DNA of 61,811 nucleotides from Acanthaster planci (lineage: Eukaryota), in assembly GCF_001949145.1 (NCBI RefSeq), contig NW_019091360.1, positions 1,272,529-1,334,339 on the forward strand. Direction: 5' to 3'. The notes under the pieces are model-generated. The model was not told where the DNA came from, did no database searches, and was given only the letters and a program-made list of their open reading frames with translations. Position numbers and translations under genes: made by a program. Shown in pieces: positions 1 through 13,700 of this stretch. How positions within the stretch are numbered: the stretch's first letter is position 1; every line of letters begins with the position of its first letter.

Positions 1-254
1 AAAAGAGGGCGCTGTGTGAAATCCAAGCTAAAATAGCTAAAGTGGCTGCAAACAAGACTAAGTCACATGTCATGCAGTTCGATATCGCGAACTCGTAAAG
101 TAGAGCATTTGTGATTGGTGTACGTGATGTACACATGCCCCTGGTAACGCACATATCAACCAATCGAAATGTCGCATACCAAACCAATCAGCATGCATTT
201 TGGAGTATACGTTCGTGTGCATGCAAAACAGATCATAAAACTACATGAATGAAG

Positions 255-459
255 ATGGCTTCAACGTCTAAAAAATACACCCAAAAACAGAAACAATCTT
301 TCAAAAGGGAATATACAGAGAAATTTGAATTCATATTACCTTCCCAGAGAGATAAACATTATGCTTGCTGCACTTTGTGTAGTTATGACTTCAATATCGC
401 GCATACATTGGCACAGTGGGAAATATGATGTATCTCACTACATCGAAAGCAGTAAACAT
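255..459 (+). pseudogene. Degenerate hAT-type transposase N-terminus (zinc-finger region), frameshifted
   Basis: ATG at 255 reads MASTSKKYTQKQKQSFKREYTEKFEFILPSQRDKHYACCTLCSYDFNIAH, then after a frameshift SGKYDVSHYIESSKH. This gives the C-x2-C...H-x-G-x2-D-x2-H-x4-S-K-H pattern seen at the start of animal hAT transposases. No catalytic domain follows. Confidence 0.6.
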
Positions 460-3400
460 GGGGTCATGCTATTTAGCATCAACGGGCGTCAACAAAGCAT
501 CAACTAAATACTCAAGCATTTTTATACAAATATTTTATATTTACGATATTAGTAAGGCTCCTACATATCATATTCAATGTATCATATTATCAAAAATGAT
601 ATTTGAAGGTGGAAATTTGTGCAACACTCGGGCATGCTCGTGCAGCCTGACCAACCGCCATCTTGTTTTGGCGTGGACAGTAGAGTAAAGAAAGATGGCG
701 GCCTCCATACATTGCGAAAAAGTTTTGTTTTTCTGCGTGAATCTGGAAGCGAATTCAGTGTTTCTTTACACAGTGGCAGGTCTTAGAGTTTCTAAATTTA
801 GATAAAACTACTTTTAAATACTCAGAGGGTATTTTCAAGTTGTTGACACTTTGTTAACGCTAGTTCAAGTACTAGTTGTATGTGCTGACGCTAAATAGCA
901 TGACCAGTAAACACCGTAACATCGCTGAAACGAAGACTGCAACCCACAGCACTGCAGTCCTGTCAGACTCTCTCACAAACAAAATATACACCCAAGCCAC
1001 AGCCAGGCCATGGCAGCAATGCGTACACCAAAATGAGTTGTTGTGTAAATGCAAGAAAGCAACTGCTTTGAGCAATACCAGGAAATTATAGGGTCCGTTT
1101 AAGCCTGCACGAGTAAGTATGAAAGTTCAAATAGTATGTAGTCAGGCAAAGGTACTTATAAGCTTGTCTTTCCTGTTCGTTTGGGAAAATACAGATTTTT
1201 ATTGAAAAATAAACATTTGGAACCTCCGAATACACTTTTGCAATTCTAAAGGTTGGCAGATCTGCATATATGTATTCTTCAAAAGATGAACCAAAACATG
1301 CTCACTCATGCCAGTTTTCAAAACTGCTGAAAGAAAGACCTCGGTCATTTTACCACTTGACACCGGATGACAAAACACAAACAATTTTTCCTTAACTGTT
1401 CCAAGGAGGACGTAGACACTCGTTTAAGAATCCTTTTTTTCATTTCCGCGGTTAGTGTACATGTACGTGTATCAACACATCATGCTTGGTTGGGTCAAAG
1501 CATGGAAGATGATCCTACACACGAACTCTGTTACTAAGTAGCCCCACCCCCAGCCAACATTAAAACAGAAGTACCCTTTTTGAGTAATTAGAATTGAATG
1601 GGAGCGCCCACACCATACACAAAAGAGCTAAGAGGATTAAAGGCCTCCTTTGTTTTGGAAAGCCAATTTGCTTGGGAGTGTTCAAAACTACACTAAGCCA
1701 ATTTGCGAGGGAGTGTTCAAAACCACACGAGAGATAAGGTTACAACTAGCAACTCCTTGGAATCAAAACATCATACATTATAGACCTTTCATATGTGAAT
1801 CGGTTGACGTGTAAACATGCACCACAATTTTTACCTGGGCAGTTGAAAAACAGGGAAAAAAATGAAAATACTGATGCCTAAACTCAAGAGCTGTGCCTCC
1901 CTGCATATTTCAAGGGCGTCAAATAAGTTCCAACATTGAAGAATATGCGCAGAAAAAACCCTGCCCCCAGCAGCTTTTTCAGGTAAGAAAATCTGATGTT
2001 AACGGGCTATAGTACTAGCTTGCGCCTTCACATTCATAAAAATGATCAAGCAAGGATAATCAAGAAGACTGTCCTTTTTGTGGATGTTACTGGTAGTTCG
2101 GCTTCCAGTGAAAATTAAAGGGAATGGGACTCATTTGAAATTTGCAGTCAAACTATTTGTTCCAGATGACTTCAAACCAGAACTTCTCTCAATAACAAAG
2201 AGAGCATCTACATTAGTTTCCCACAGATGTAATATAAACCCCTCAAAAAGACCTTTAGAAAAATGAGCCATGCAGAAAAGGTACAAAATTGACGGCAACT
2301 AATTATTGATCAGCTCTTCATTCCATAGTCGTTTATTAAAGCACTCCTACTATACCAGCAAATTTTCCAGCTGCCAAAAATCATCTGTAAGTTTAGCTGC
2401 ATCAGGAATACACAATATATGCAAGGTGCTGGTTTCGAACACCATAATTAACAAAATTTTGTTGATGTTCAAGAATTTTGATGGAAAATGCACGACGTTC
2501 GACATGATCGAGAGTGCTGTCTTTTGTGACGTCAGCACTCTCCACGGTGATGTTCAGTATGCTGTTGTAAAATATATCCCAGCTCAACATTACAAAAAAA
2601 TTTAAGCCTCAAGGCATTTGATTTCCATCAAGAACCACAGTTTATGACTCGAGCATCATTGTTTTTTATTTTTTTTTATTGTTGACATTTTTTAAGGAAT
2701 CAAATGTTGTTTGCAATGTCCAACTGCAGGACCAGATCGTCACATACTGTATCTGACCATCCGGTCAATCGACCGTCATGGTGATTTTCAGATTTTATCT
2801 CACAAATTGACGATAACGTTTGACAGCAGGAGTCAAAGTATTGCTCATTGAACCAAAAATACAAATTAGGAAATGATTTCAAAGACCAATTTTGGATCTG
2901 TTATCAAAAAAGGTTTGAATAAAATATTGAAAATAAGCACAAACTAACTGCTTAACTGAAAATGTGTTCTTGAAAACGGTAATATTTCATACTGGTTGGT
3001 TCGTTAGATACATGTATGCGACATTTGTGAAATATTCACTTTGATTTTGTGATTTACATGAGTAAAATGGCATTATTTGTCACTTCTTAAAATTTGTTCA
3101 AAACGTATGACAGGACTTATTTACTTCCCTTTAATTATTAGGTGGCTAGGAGTTATAGGGTCTTCATGTTGGTCAAAAAAGGCTGACTTTCGAATCCTTA
3201 ATTAATCAATTCTGATAAAGATGAAGGATGGACACGGTAATCAATGTTCCGGATATCAATCATGGCAATCCTCATTTCATCAGACATCCATTCTGTTTAT
3301 GCAGGAAATAAGAACCCTCAAAATTCATGATTCTTTACAAAAGGCCCATATTGTGTGAAACCTGCCATACATTTATGTTCTTGAGACTGGGCGTCAGTTG

Positions 3401-4690
3401 AAAAATGTGCAATCAATTGCAGTTGTGTGGACTGCATTGAGGGGTGCATTCATAGTAAGAGTAGTTTTCAGGGAAGTACAATGTACATGTAGCTCATCTT
3501 GGTTTGGGGTTGGGAGCAAAATGGCATTTTGTCTAAACAACAATTTCCAACTGTTTTTACATGTAAGAGAATGAAGAAATTGCAGGAAAAACATGAAAAA
3601 TCAAAAATTAAATAAACACTGTAAGTACATGAGAATTTCTGCATTTGAAATTTGGACTTTGCAATGATCAGGTACAGCTCTGTGTTGCCAAGGTAACAGA
3701 CTAACACTTTTGTAACCTCCCTGTTTTATATAATGTGGAATCAATTTTGGTTGTTTCCCCAAATGCTACATGTACTTTCGGCACATTGCTCAACTTGATA
3801 ATTTTCTGTAACAAAATTTGAAACTCAGGATTACATTTGCTCAGAATGTGACTAGAGTCATACTTCTAGAACATTAATAGCTTAATTGTTGCGTGGAATT
3901 TTCACCCTTTTGATCATTATTACAGCCAAAAAAATACATAAAGAGTTACATATCACTCATTTATGGACATGAGTGGCATATCATTGCTGTGCAGCTCATT
4001 AAATAATCCAATAAAAATACATTTGTAGTCTAGGAAAAACCTGCATGTTTTTTATTCAGTTAAAATGCTCTTGCTACATGTATTTCATGAGTCAAAAACC
4101 ATTTTATAAAAGAAGGCTCAAGGCAAAGTACATGTAAGCGACTCAAAATGTCATGAGCAAGAAATTTTCCATCATTCCCCATCAACCAATTGGTGGGTTG
4201 TTTGACATGTATTCTACCATTTGATAGAACATTGTGTGGTTGAACACAGCTTACAAGGACAAAATGGCCAGCAGTACCAATAAATGCAAAGTGTTGTTCC
4301 ATTTTGTGTTTAGGTGAAGAAATTATTCTTCTGTAGTCATGAATATTCATTACTTGTGTAACAATTCCTTAGCATTGTACTTTTTCCTTAGCAGGAATCT
4401 GCAGTTCCTCTTGTATTATTTGGTGTTGTCTTCAAGTACATTGTACGTTGCAATCACTTCTACCCTTCTCAGCAAATGGAAGATTTTCTCATCCATTTAA
4501 AGGGCATTTGAAAAAGATTGGTGTATGTACATATACCTCCAGCATGCAGTACAGCTTACTGGTTGACAGGTCTACCGTATTTGGCAACGCCATGGTTACA
4601 GAGATGTACATGTAAACATGTAGACCATCATCTACAGTGCATACCATCTTCCAGCTTCAATTCTGTTTCTGTTCTTGTAACCTTTCCCAG

Positions 4691-4799
4691 GAACAAGTCT
4701 ACACGCACACATCTGAAGAATGTCTACAGCTGCTTGGCCATTTCCATGTTGGCCGCAGCAGCTGGCGCCTACATACATCTCTTCACTGGAATCTTACAG
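4691..4799 (+). CDS. TMBIM6: TMBIM6 coding exon ([36 protein letters not shown])
   Basis: cccag acceptor, gtacgt donor; 109 nt, phase 2 to 0. Confidence 0.93.
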
Positions 4800-7700
4800 G
4801 TACGTGTATTGAGCAGATGCAGGTTATGACTGAAGTTGGACTCTGCAACTTCGCCGATTGTCCGAGGTACATGTAGTTTACATCAGTCAGACTTTGAGAC
4901 ATCATGGATAGATGAAATATTTCCACAATCGGCATTACAGGTTTGGTCCCGTCTGCCTCTCTTCTGAATCTCTCTTAGTCATTGTTGAAGTTTGGCCTTT
5001 ACCTTGAGTGGTCGATTAGACTCCTTGAGTTTATAGCCTGGACTCCTTGAATTTAAAGCCTGGACTCCTCGAGTTTGAAGCTTGCGCACGGAATTGGACA
5101 TGTATTCAGGAAGCGTTATGGTCTGTCACAACAGTGACAGAAAGTGGAGTGGTGATGTGGTTAGGTGAACTGGTCAAATTGGAAAGGTTTGCAGCAGGCT
5201 CAAAACAAATTGACAACAGCAGGGTAGATCACCTTCATGAAGTGATCATGTAGCCTATGCAAAGCCATTCATTCTCACACAGATTTCTCCTTGATTTTCA
5301 ACAGGCTGGTTTCTTGACATCCATTGCTGGCCTGGGACTGCTGATCTGGTTGGGCGTGACCAAAGATGACGGCACCAATCAGGCCAAACGTCTAGGGCTC
5401 CTCTCTGGATTCGCCTTCTTCACAGGTAGACCTGTCTGTTTTTTACTTTTGATCAGTGTTGTTTTGGAGTCTGTCCCAAGTCCCTCAAGGTCCGTTACTG
5501 TCCTCTAGTCTTAAGCCAAGTCGTTGTTCACCCTGTTACTCATATCTGGACACTTGTGATGAACTTGAGGAGAGACTTGCTATAGGACTGTGATGACTTG
5601 CACAGGTTTGATAGATGCCCTTGGAGACTCTTTCCGACTGAGATGAGAGGCAACCACCAGATTCTGTTTCATTTGAGTTTTGTGGTACAGTTTGATAATT
5701 TCAGTTCAAATTTGCACACACTTAGAATCACTAAAATCACCTGAGAAAAGCAATAACAAAACACAGAACCGGCAGCTTATTAGATCGCGTAGGAAAAACA
5801 GCTGGGCCCAAAAACAAAACCAGCAGAAATTAGACCAGTTTACGTTCTGTCAGAGGGATCAATCCTAAAGGACGAAAGCGAATATTAAGATTACATTTCT
5901 TGGGATTTACAGTTCTCAGTGAGCTGAAATATCAGTGAGTTGAGTTTTCAACGTGATATACTTGATATTTGAAGTTCTCTTTGGAATGCAGTGCACACAA
6001 ACTAATGAAGCACATATGAACAAATACTTCTTGTGTATTTCATACCTGTATGATCTAATATGGTTTATGTTGCTTTGAGTATTATTGATTATAGCATGTT
6101 AACTGTTCATTTCAGGTCTTAGCCTGGGACCTCTGCTGAACATTGTAGCGAGGATTGACATCCAGTGAGTAAAAGCTTGGACGTGTGTTATTAATAGGCA
6201 CCAGTAAACGACATCAAATTTTGACAAAGGAAGATGGTTCTTTGAAGCAGTGATTATTTGCTGGAAGATTGGACCGGTTGGCCTGTCTGCTTAACCCCAA
6301 CTCCCCAGAGTGATTTACTAGGAACCATACCCATTCACACAAATTCCAACACCATATGGTAAACTGTGCACAAAAAAGTGTTGGACTCTGTTTATTTTGG
6401 GTACGCCTGAACCCATGTTAAAGCACAAGCAGTTTAGGGGTACAGTACCCAGTGCCACAAATTCACACACTTTACTGGTGTTCAGTTCTGTGTGGTTTAT
6501 AGGGAAGGTTACGGTTAATGAGTCAATTTTCAAAGACTTCTTGGCTATTTTCTGGGATTGATTTAAGCTGAGCAACTGAAGTCCCTGTGTCCTCAAGCAG
6601 GGCAATTTACAGCATATGGAACCTGATGAAATTGGCTTCGGTAAACTCAGTGCTTCTGTTGCCATCTGTACATAGTGGCTGTGGTAGATGTAGGTCGTTG
6701 GTAACCAGGTCCGGTTTGTAAGGGGCTGGGTCATTTCCTTGAGGGGCCTTTAACCCCTTCACCTTTATTTTGACCGCGACTGCTGGGCTGCGGCATGCCA
6801 TGAATGGAGGCCATTGTCCAGCAGCAGGCCCCATTGAACCAGCAGCTGCATGGTGAATAGACTGTATGTGTGGTATGCACTAATCCTCACACAAAGGTGC
6901 TGTAGTAGCAGTCTTCCGCAGCGAAGGGGTTAATTAATTTCATCTTAATGTTGGGACTGCTCATATTTTGACGTTCTTCAAATACCAGTTTGGTGAGCAT
7001 ACCGTCCCCATTCCTCCCCACATGCGTAATGATATCCTTGGTTCTGCAGTTAAATCATCGTTTCCAAGTTGAATTTGCCTCGCTTTGCATTGTTGGTTAC
7101 TTGAACCAACAAGGTTGCAAGTTGGGATGCCCAGTCAATATTCTTTTTTGTTCACTGCCTACTTATTGTAAATGGTGAAAGATGTTGCTGACAGTGTTGT
7201 AGACCATCACAAGACACAAGACCATGCCCAAGGCCATTCGTAAGCCCCGTCACAAGCAACAGGGTGAACAGTGACAAAAAAAGAATGCCTTTGCTGCGGT
7301 TCATTTGAATAGCTTGTGACTTGAATTTAGAGTGGAGATCTGATGTCTTGTGGGGTCTTGTGTTGGTCTTAAGAGGTCTTGACTACAGTACTGGATGCTG
7401 ACTTGGACTCAGTCTCGACCAGTCGGACTTGACAGTGATTGGGGCTCAACCAAGAACTGCTCAATGTGGCAGACTTGAATATTTACCAATGCAGAATCTA
7501 CCTAGGAAATATTTTGGTATATTTTAGAGGCATGATAAACCTCAAGCAAAGACTCAAACCCAGGTCAGATGGCTTAAAGTGCCAAGCCTGTCTGTTAGAA
7601 TACCAGTTTGATTAAGTTCAGGTGGTATTGAAAGGGTATTGATTGGAGTTAGGCCATACGCTCATGACAAGCTCAAATGGGTCATGTTCAGTTTCTGTCT

Positions 7701-10700
7701 AAACTGAAAATGATGGTTCGTTTCTCAGGATCATCCCAACTGCCTTCTTGGCCACCTGTGTCATCTTTGGATGTTTCTCAGTGGCTGCTCTGTGGTCTGA
7801 GCGACGCAGCTTCTTTTTCCTGGGAGGTAGGTTAATTGATTTTGCTCTGAGAGTGCCATGTGACCTGATGTATGTCTGGTACAACCAAAGACTTATGGTA
7901 CCACACACGATCCTGATATAGCAGGCAATCCTTCAAAGCTTTATAAATGGCAAAAGTATGAGAAACTAGTACAGTACTTGTAATTTTAAGCTTTACAGAG
8001 ATCAAGTGTCTTCTTAGAGTTGAAGTTTGACTGTCTGGCAAATTTTCTTGTCTGTCAGGCATGCTGTTCTCTGGCCTGTCCATCCTGATGTTGATGTCAC
8101 TCCTCAACATCTTCATTGGATCTGCTCTCATCTTCAGAGTAAGTTCATGTTGCAAGAAGCTGGTTAACGGTTTTGTCATGTTCTCTGCATTTCTGCAAAT
8201 TTGTGCATAATGCCCCATGCTGGTGTTGAGTACAAAAACGTACAGTAACCGTCCCTGATTCACAAGGGTAATCGGCTGTGTACTTGAATGCAAAGTTTCT
8301 TCCTTTGAATGCATTGGCACTGGACCCGTAGACATCCATTCCACTCAACTTGGCCTCATGGAATAGACCTCATAAGCTGTCACCTTATGACACTATTCTT
8401 GCTAACATTGCTCTCATAAACCTACATTAGTTGTGTTTTACATATATGTCAGTGAAGGGCAGTACTCGGTCTTAACAAAGAAGACTAGCAGTCCTATGAT
8501 GAGACTTTGTATCCTCCCTTCTTGTTAAAGTTCACATTGTTGTTTAGTTGCTGTCTGTGCCTGTGTGGTCCACAGAAATAGTGTCATTTGATTGTATTGT
8601 TTCACGACAGGTTGAGATGTACCTGTGCCTGGCTGTCTTCATGGGCTTTGTGCTGTTTGACACCCAGCTCATCGTGGAGAAATGCAACAATGGCGACAAA
8701 GACTACATCTGGTACGTCCAACCAGGCTTTCAGTTAGGATTTCCAAAACAGCCGGTCCTTCCGGTGGTGCAGCTCAACAGTACCTGTCCTTCGGGATCTG
8801 CAAGTACTATACGCCGTCCCCATACATGCATTGCAATGGAAATAGTAGTCTGGTTCCCTGACCAGCAAACAGTGACACTTTGGGCTGTTTGATATGTACA
8901 GGGTATGATGGTATGATGTGCATATAAGCTTTTTGTAGCTTCCCATCTGCGTTAAATATACACACACCTGTTTTTGACAGTCACATATCCATTAAATCAA
9001 ACATTTGCTCTGTCTGCGGTTATGTGTGTGCACCTTTACACAATTAATAATCAATACATCAGAGGCGATGAAGGTGTTGCCTGCATAGTGGTGTGTGTTT
9101 ATGGGTGCTACAGGTCCCCTATTGATTTCAAATATGGGACTTGCAAAGGGCTCAGTCAATTCCACCTTCAATTCGATGTAATATCTGAATATTCGGTCAT
9201 AACGACTTGCAGATTCATGTGAACAAACCGTATACAAAATCAGTAGCAATAACGCACACAATGTACATTATAATCACTTTTATAGTTTCTCATGTGTAGG
9301 ACTGTCTCCAGGCAGTTTTAGCAAGATTTGAGAGATGAACAAGACTTCTTGCCCTGTTGAAAATTTCCATTGCTTTGAAATTTTTTGATGAATAACTTAC
9401 CTTTTGAATCGTAAGATTTCTGTCACCTTTTCACTTGAATCTGCTAGAAACAAGCCTCCATAGTGCAATTTTTCTCTTTAAAAACAAAAGTAAATTCTCC
9501 CTTTCTTTTCATGAATTTTGCATTCGAATATTCAAATTCAGAAAAAATTATTCAAATATTTGATAACCGATCAAATATTCGGATATTCAGCACAGCTCTA
9601 GACCTGCAAAAGAAGCCTAGTTTCAAAATTCAAGTGAAATGGAAAAACAACACGAAAAATGGACTCAAAATGAGCCAATTCTGCCTTACCTAGAATGCGT
9701 ATCAAGCACCTTTCGACATGCACCTTTAGCAAAATTTCCCCAGAAAAACTTTTGTGATTCCCGTAAGGACATCTAGGAACTTTTTCTCATCATCAGTTGT
9801 CAGATACTCAGGTACCAGGTTCCTATGTCCAGTATTATTTTGACCGAGACTTTTGACTTTCGAAAATGATAGAATCAAAGGCCACAAATACTTACTTGTT
9901 TAGAGGCATTTGAACATAATTTATGTGATATTTCATACTGCCCACAGAGATATTTGCTACCATAATAGGCCATGCACAGCCGTAAAGTTCAATTCCAATG
10001 TACAGTATGCCTCCACAGACTTCCTGGACTTCGTGTGTGTGAGCTAAATAAGTGGTAGATTAGCATGTTGAAAGCTCAGCTGCATTTGAGTCAAGCTGCA
10101 CATGACATTTTAACCCTACAGCCTTGCTTGTGTATACAGATCGTGTTTACACGTCCTTTTTCAGAAAGTGATGAGACATCACAGGTTCAATGGCAAGACT
10201 GGCACCAACATAGACTTTATTTATGGGCCGGTCAGATTGAAGTTGAAAGCGAGGTTAAATCTTCATTTTTGAAAGTAGAAAGTAGAAATGAAAACAATAA
10301 AATGAAATTTCACGACAAATTCTTACCTGTCTGCTCTGTTGAATAATGTCAAATTTGTGGATAGACATACAAAAAGTACTTCAGTGTTGATTGATTTAGG
10401 AAAATATTGCAAGGGAGGCTTGGAACGCATGGCAACCTTAAAATAGTCTGGTGCTATCCTAATAGTTTGTAATTCATGAAACAGATTCAAGGAATAAGAT
10501 CAAAAATGGCTTCCATGTGAATGAGGTCTTTTCTGAAATTGAAGAACTTTTAGAATTTGTATTTTAAATTGCACATTTAAAAGCTGAGGACATAACCAGC
10601 AGAGGGCTGCTTGTCAACAAGATTGATAGTTATTTTCTTTCTTCACGTTTTTTTTTTGACATGGTTGCAGGCACAGCGTGGATCTCTTTCTGGACTTCAT

Positions 10701-13700
10701 CAACATTTTCCGCCAGCTGATGATCATCATGGCCATGAACAGCAACGGCAAGGTCAGGAACTTGGTTATTGAACAACAAGCCTGAAATCTGTATTTGGAA
10801 ATTATCAAACAAAATTAATCCCCACCTGTTCACTTTTGTTTGCTATCGCTGATGGTATGATTGGCATATAAGCTTTTTGTAGCTTCCCATCTGCGTTAAA
10901 TATACACACACCTGTTTTTGACAGTCACATATCCATTTAATCCAACATTTGCTCTGTCTGCGGTTATGTGTGTGCACCTTTACACAGGTGTTGGATATAT
11001 ATCCCATCGGTGCTGTGCTTAGAATGTCAAATTGCTTGGTTCCGATGTGGCCAAGTTTGTGGTGGCACCGTGGAACATCTCTTTTAGTAGTGAGTGGGGT
11101 TCGGAAAAAAACTGGTGTATTCATTGTTTGGGGTCATAAGCATACTTAAGGAAATGTTGAGTACACAGGTTCTTTGCACAACCACTCCTTAAAGAGTTTT
11201 ACATGGTGCTGTGGCAAACTTGATCACATTGCAACATTAACCATGCAAACCTTTATATGGCTATTGGGTTTACTTAAATAAGATTTTCAAGTCTGTAAAA
11301 ATAAAGGATCTAGAAATGCATTTTTTTTTATTATTAACCCCAGTGGCTTTCATGCAGTCCCCTTTATCCTTTGCCCCTCATCCAGCCTGCAGCTTTCTTG
11401 ACCTTTCCTTTTGTCCTCTTGCATTCATCCATGCTTGGTTGATTCCCCATTTGTTTGTTTGTCCTGTCTACTTGTTATTTTGCCTTTGAGAAAGATTCTG
11501 CTAGGATTGAAACGTCAGGCCCTCATATTTTGAGATTTGTGTTTTAGGTCATTGTAGTCAGCAAGCAGTTTGCAGCAATTTTGTGTTGCATATCTTTGGA
11601 ATTTNNNNNNNNNNNNNNNNNNNNNNNNNNNNNNNNNNNNNNNNNNNNNNNNNNNNNNNNNNNNNNNNNNNNNNNNNNNNNNNNNNNNNNNNNNNNNNNN
11701 NNNNNNNNNNNNNNNNNNNNNNNNNNNNNNNNNNNNNNNNNNNNNNNNNNNNNNNNNNNNNNNNNNNNNNNNNNNNNNNNNNNNNNNNNNNNNNNNNNNN
11801 NNNNNNNNNNNNNNNNNNNNNNNNNNNNNNNNNNNNNNNNNNNNNNNNNNNNNNNNNNNNNNNNNNCACCACCAGGATAATTATAGGTTCTTTGCCTTGT
11901 CACGTCTTATTCCCACAGGTTTACAACTCTCATCCACCCCATGCTTACGCACCCTCTCTCCTCACCTGCAGAAAAGATGGAATCAAGTTCTCCATGGTGC
12001 CTCTATCCCATTAATCAATATTCTTTCTCTGCAGAGTCAAATCACATTTCAGAACCTGCACCAGGACATAGCCCATCTTGATTCTGAACTTAAATCTAAC
12101 TGCCCCAATGCTGTGTATAGGAACCTGTGAGTTGAGGTGGAAATGGGCCTCACTAATCTTGATTGTGTTCTTCATGACAGGAGGAACAAGAAGATAGATG
12201 GCATTTTGGCCAAACAACGTATAGGCATAGACACTTCAGGCATCCAAAGCGCCAACCCTTACCATCTACCACCTCCACCTAGTCAATCTTTCTTCTTCGC
12301 CTGTAACTGATGCTGAACACAAACTTCTCTCCAAGGGTCTAACTTTCTGTCCCACTCCCCCCACAGTGAACCAGCCCTTTTTCATCTTACTCCTCATGAT
12401 AATCTCTCCAGGGATGAGCGTTTAGCTCTCAACTCCCTGCGCTCTCGCAACAACATCATCATCAAGCCGGCAGATAATGGTTCAGCTGTGGTAAGTATGG
12501 ACTGACAGTAATACACTGATGAAGCCCATCGCCAACTTAACAATCACACTAACCATATCCCCCTCGATTCTGACTCCACAGGAACATTCTCACAACAGAT
12601 TCAGCAGGTACTGGATGATATGCGTTCATGTGACCAACTATCCAAGAACGTTCATAAGTTTCTGTCCCCCATTGATTGTAGAACCGCTAGGTTTTACCTA
12701 CTCCCCATTAACACTTTTCTCAAACCCCTCGTTCCAGAGATCCCGTCATATATTCACGACACCCCAGACTTCTTACGTAAGCTGGAAAACATCAAGAACC
12801 AGATTCCCATCACAGCCATCATTGGGACCTTTGTTGTTTCTTCTCTCTAAACTGACATTCCCCATGAAGAAGATATTGGTGCCTGCTGCTCTGCTGTCAT
12901 GAAGAGCGGACACACAATTCCCCCATCAGTGATGTCGCGATGCTTATGAGACTTGTAATAACCAAGGACAATTTCTCCTTCATGGGCAAACACTATCTAC
13001 AGGTACATGGCACAGCTATGGGCACCCACATGGCTCCCTCCTTTGCTTGGCTCTTCATGGACCAGAGACAGTGGCAGTCTAGACATCTCCAGTAACTATT
13101 ATCAATTCTTTCCACAGGACAGTGAAGTTCACTTCGGAATATTCCCTCCATCAGGCCAACTTTTTCGATGTCAGCATCCGGAAGGAGAACAACCTCATGA
13201 CTACTGACGTGTATTCCAAGCCCACAGATACCCATCAGTATCTTCACTCATCCAGCTGTCACCCTAGACACTGCAAGACTGGTATTGCATAGAGCCAAGC
13301 ACTCAGGCTGAGACGCATTTGTTCTAATTATTCAGATTTCTCTCATCATACACAGGAACTGACGAGGCATTTGATTGCAAGGGGGCACAGCTATCACCAG
13401 GTTCAACGCTCTATCAATAGGGCCCGCTCCGTCCCTAGAAGTCTTGCACTCAAGGAGAAGACCCCCCGTGAAGGAACAACCCCCAGGGTCCCCTTGGTCA
13501 CCACTTTCCATCCTTGTCTTCCTCCCCTCTGCAAAATAATCAACAACCATCATCATATCCTGCACACTTTAGACCGCCTAGCCAGTGCCATCCCAGACAC
13601 CCCACTTGTGGCCTACAGGTGTCCCCGCAACCTACGGGACCTTATCATTCAACCTTTATCCAGCCTGCAGCTTTCTTGACCTTTCCCTTTGTCCTCTTGC

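Noticed and set aside
1945..1982. ATG...AG/gtaaga segment, phase-compatible as a first coding exon of TMBIM6 (MRRKNPAPSSFFR)
   Set aside because: No resemblance to the BI-1 N-terminus, and it lies in apparently decayed repeat sequence. The true exon is probably upstream of the window.
7832..8344. 170-aa minus-strand ORF
   Set aside because: Antisense shadow over a TMBIM6 exon and introns; no recognisable motif.
10596..10607. CTCF-like motif ccagcagagggc (similar ones near 27255 and 47477)
   Set aside because: Short partial matches are expected by chance in 62 kb; no supporting data.
11544..12130. Several ORFs crossing the N gap
   Set aside because: Open only because of the Ns; the real portion belongs to the PLE remnant.
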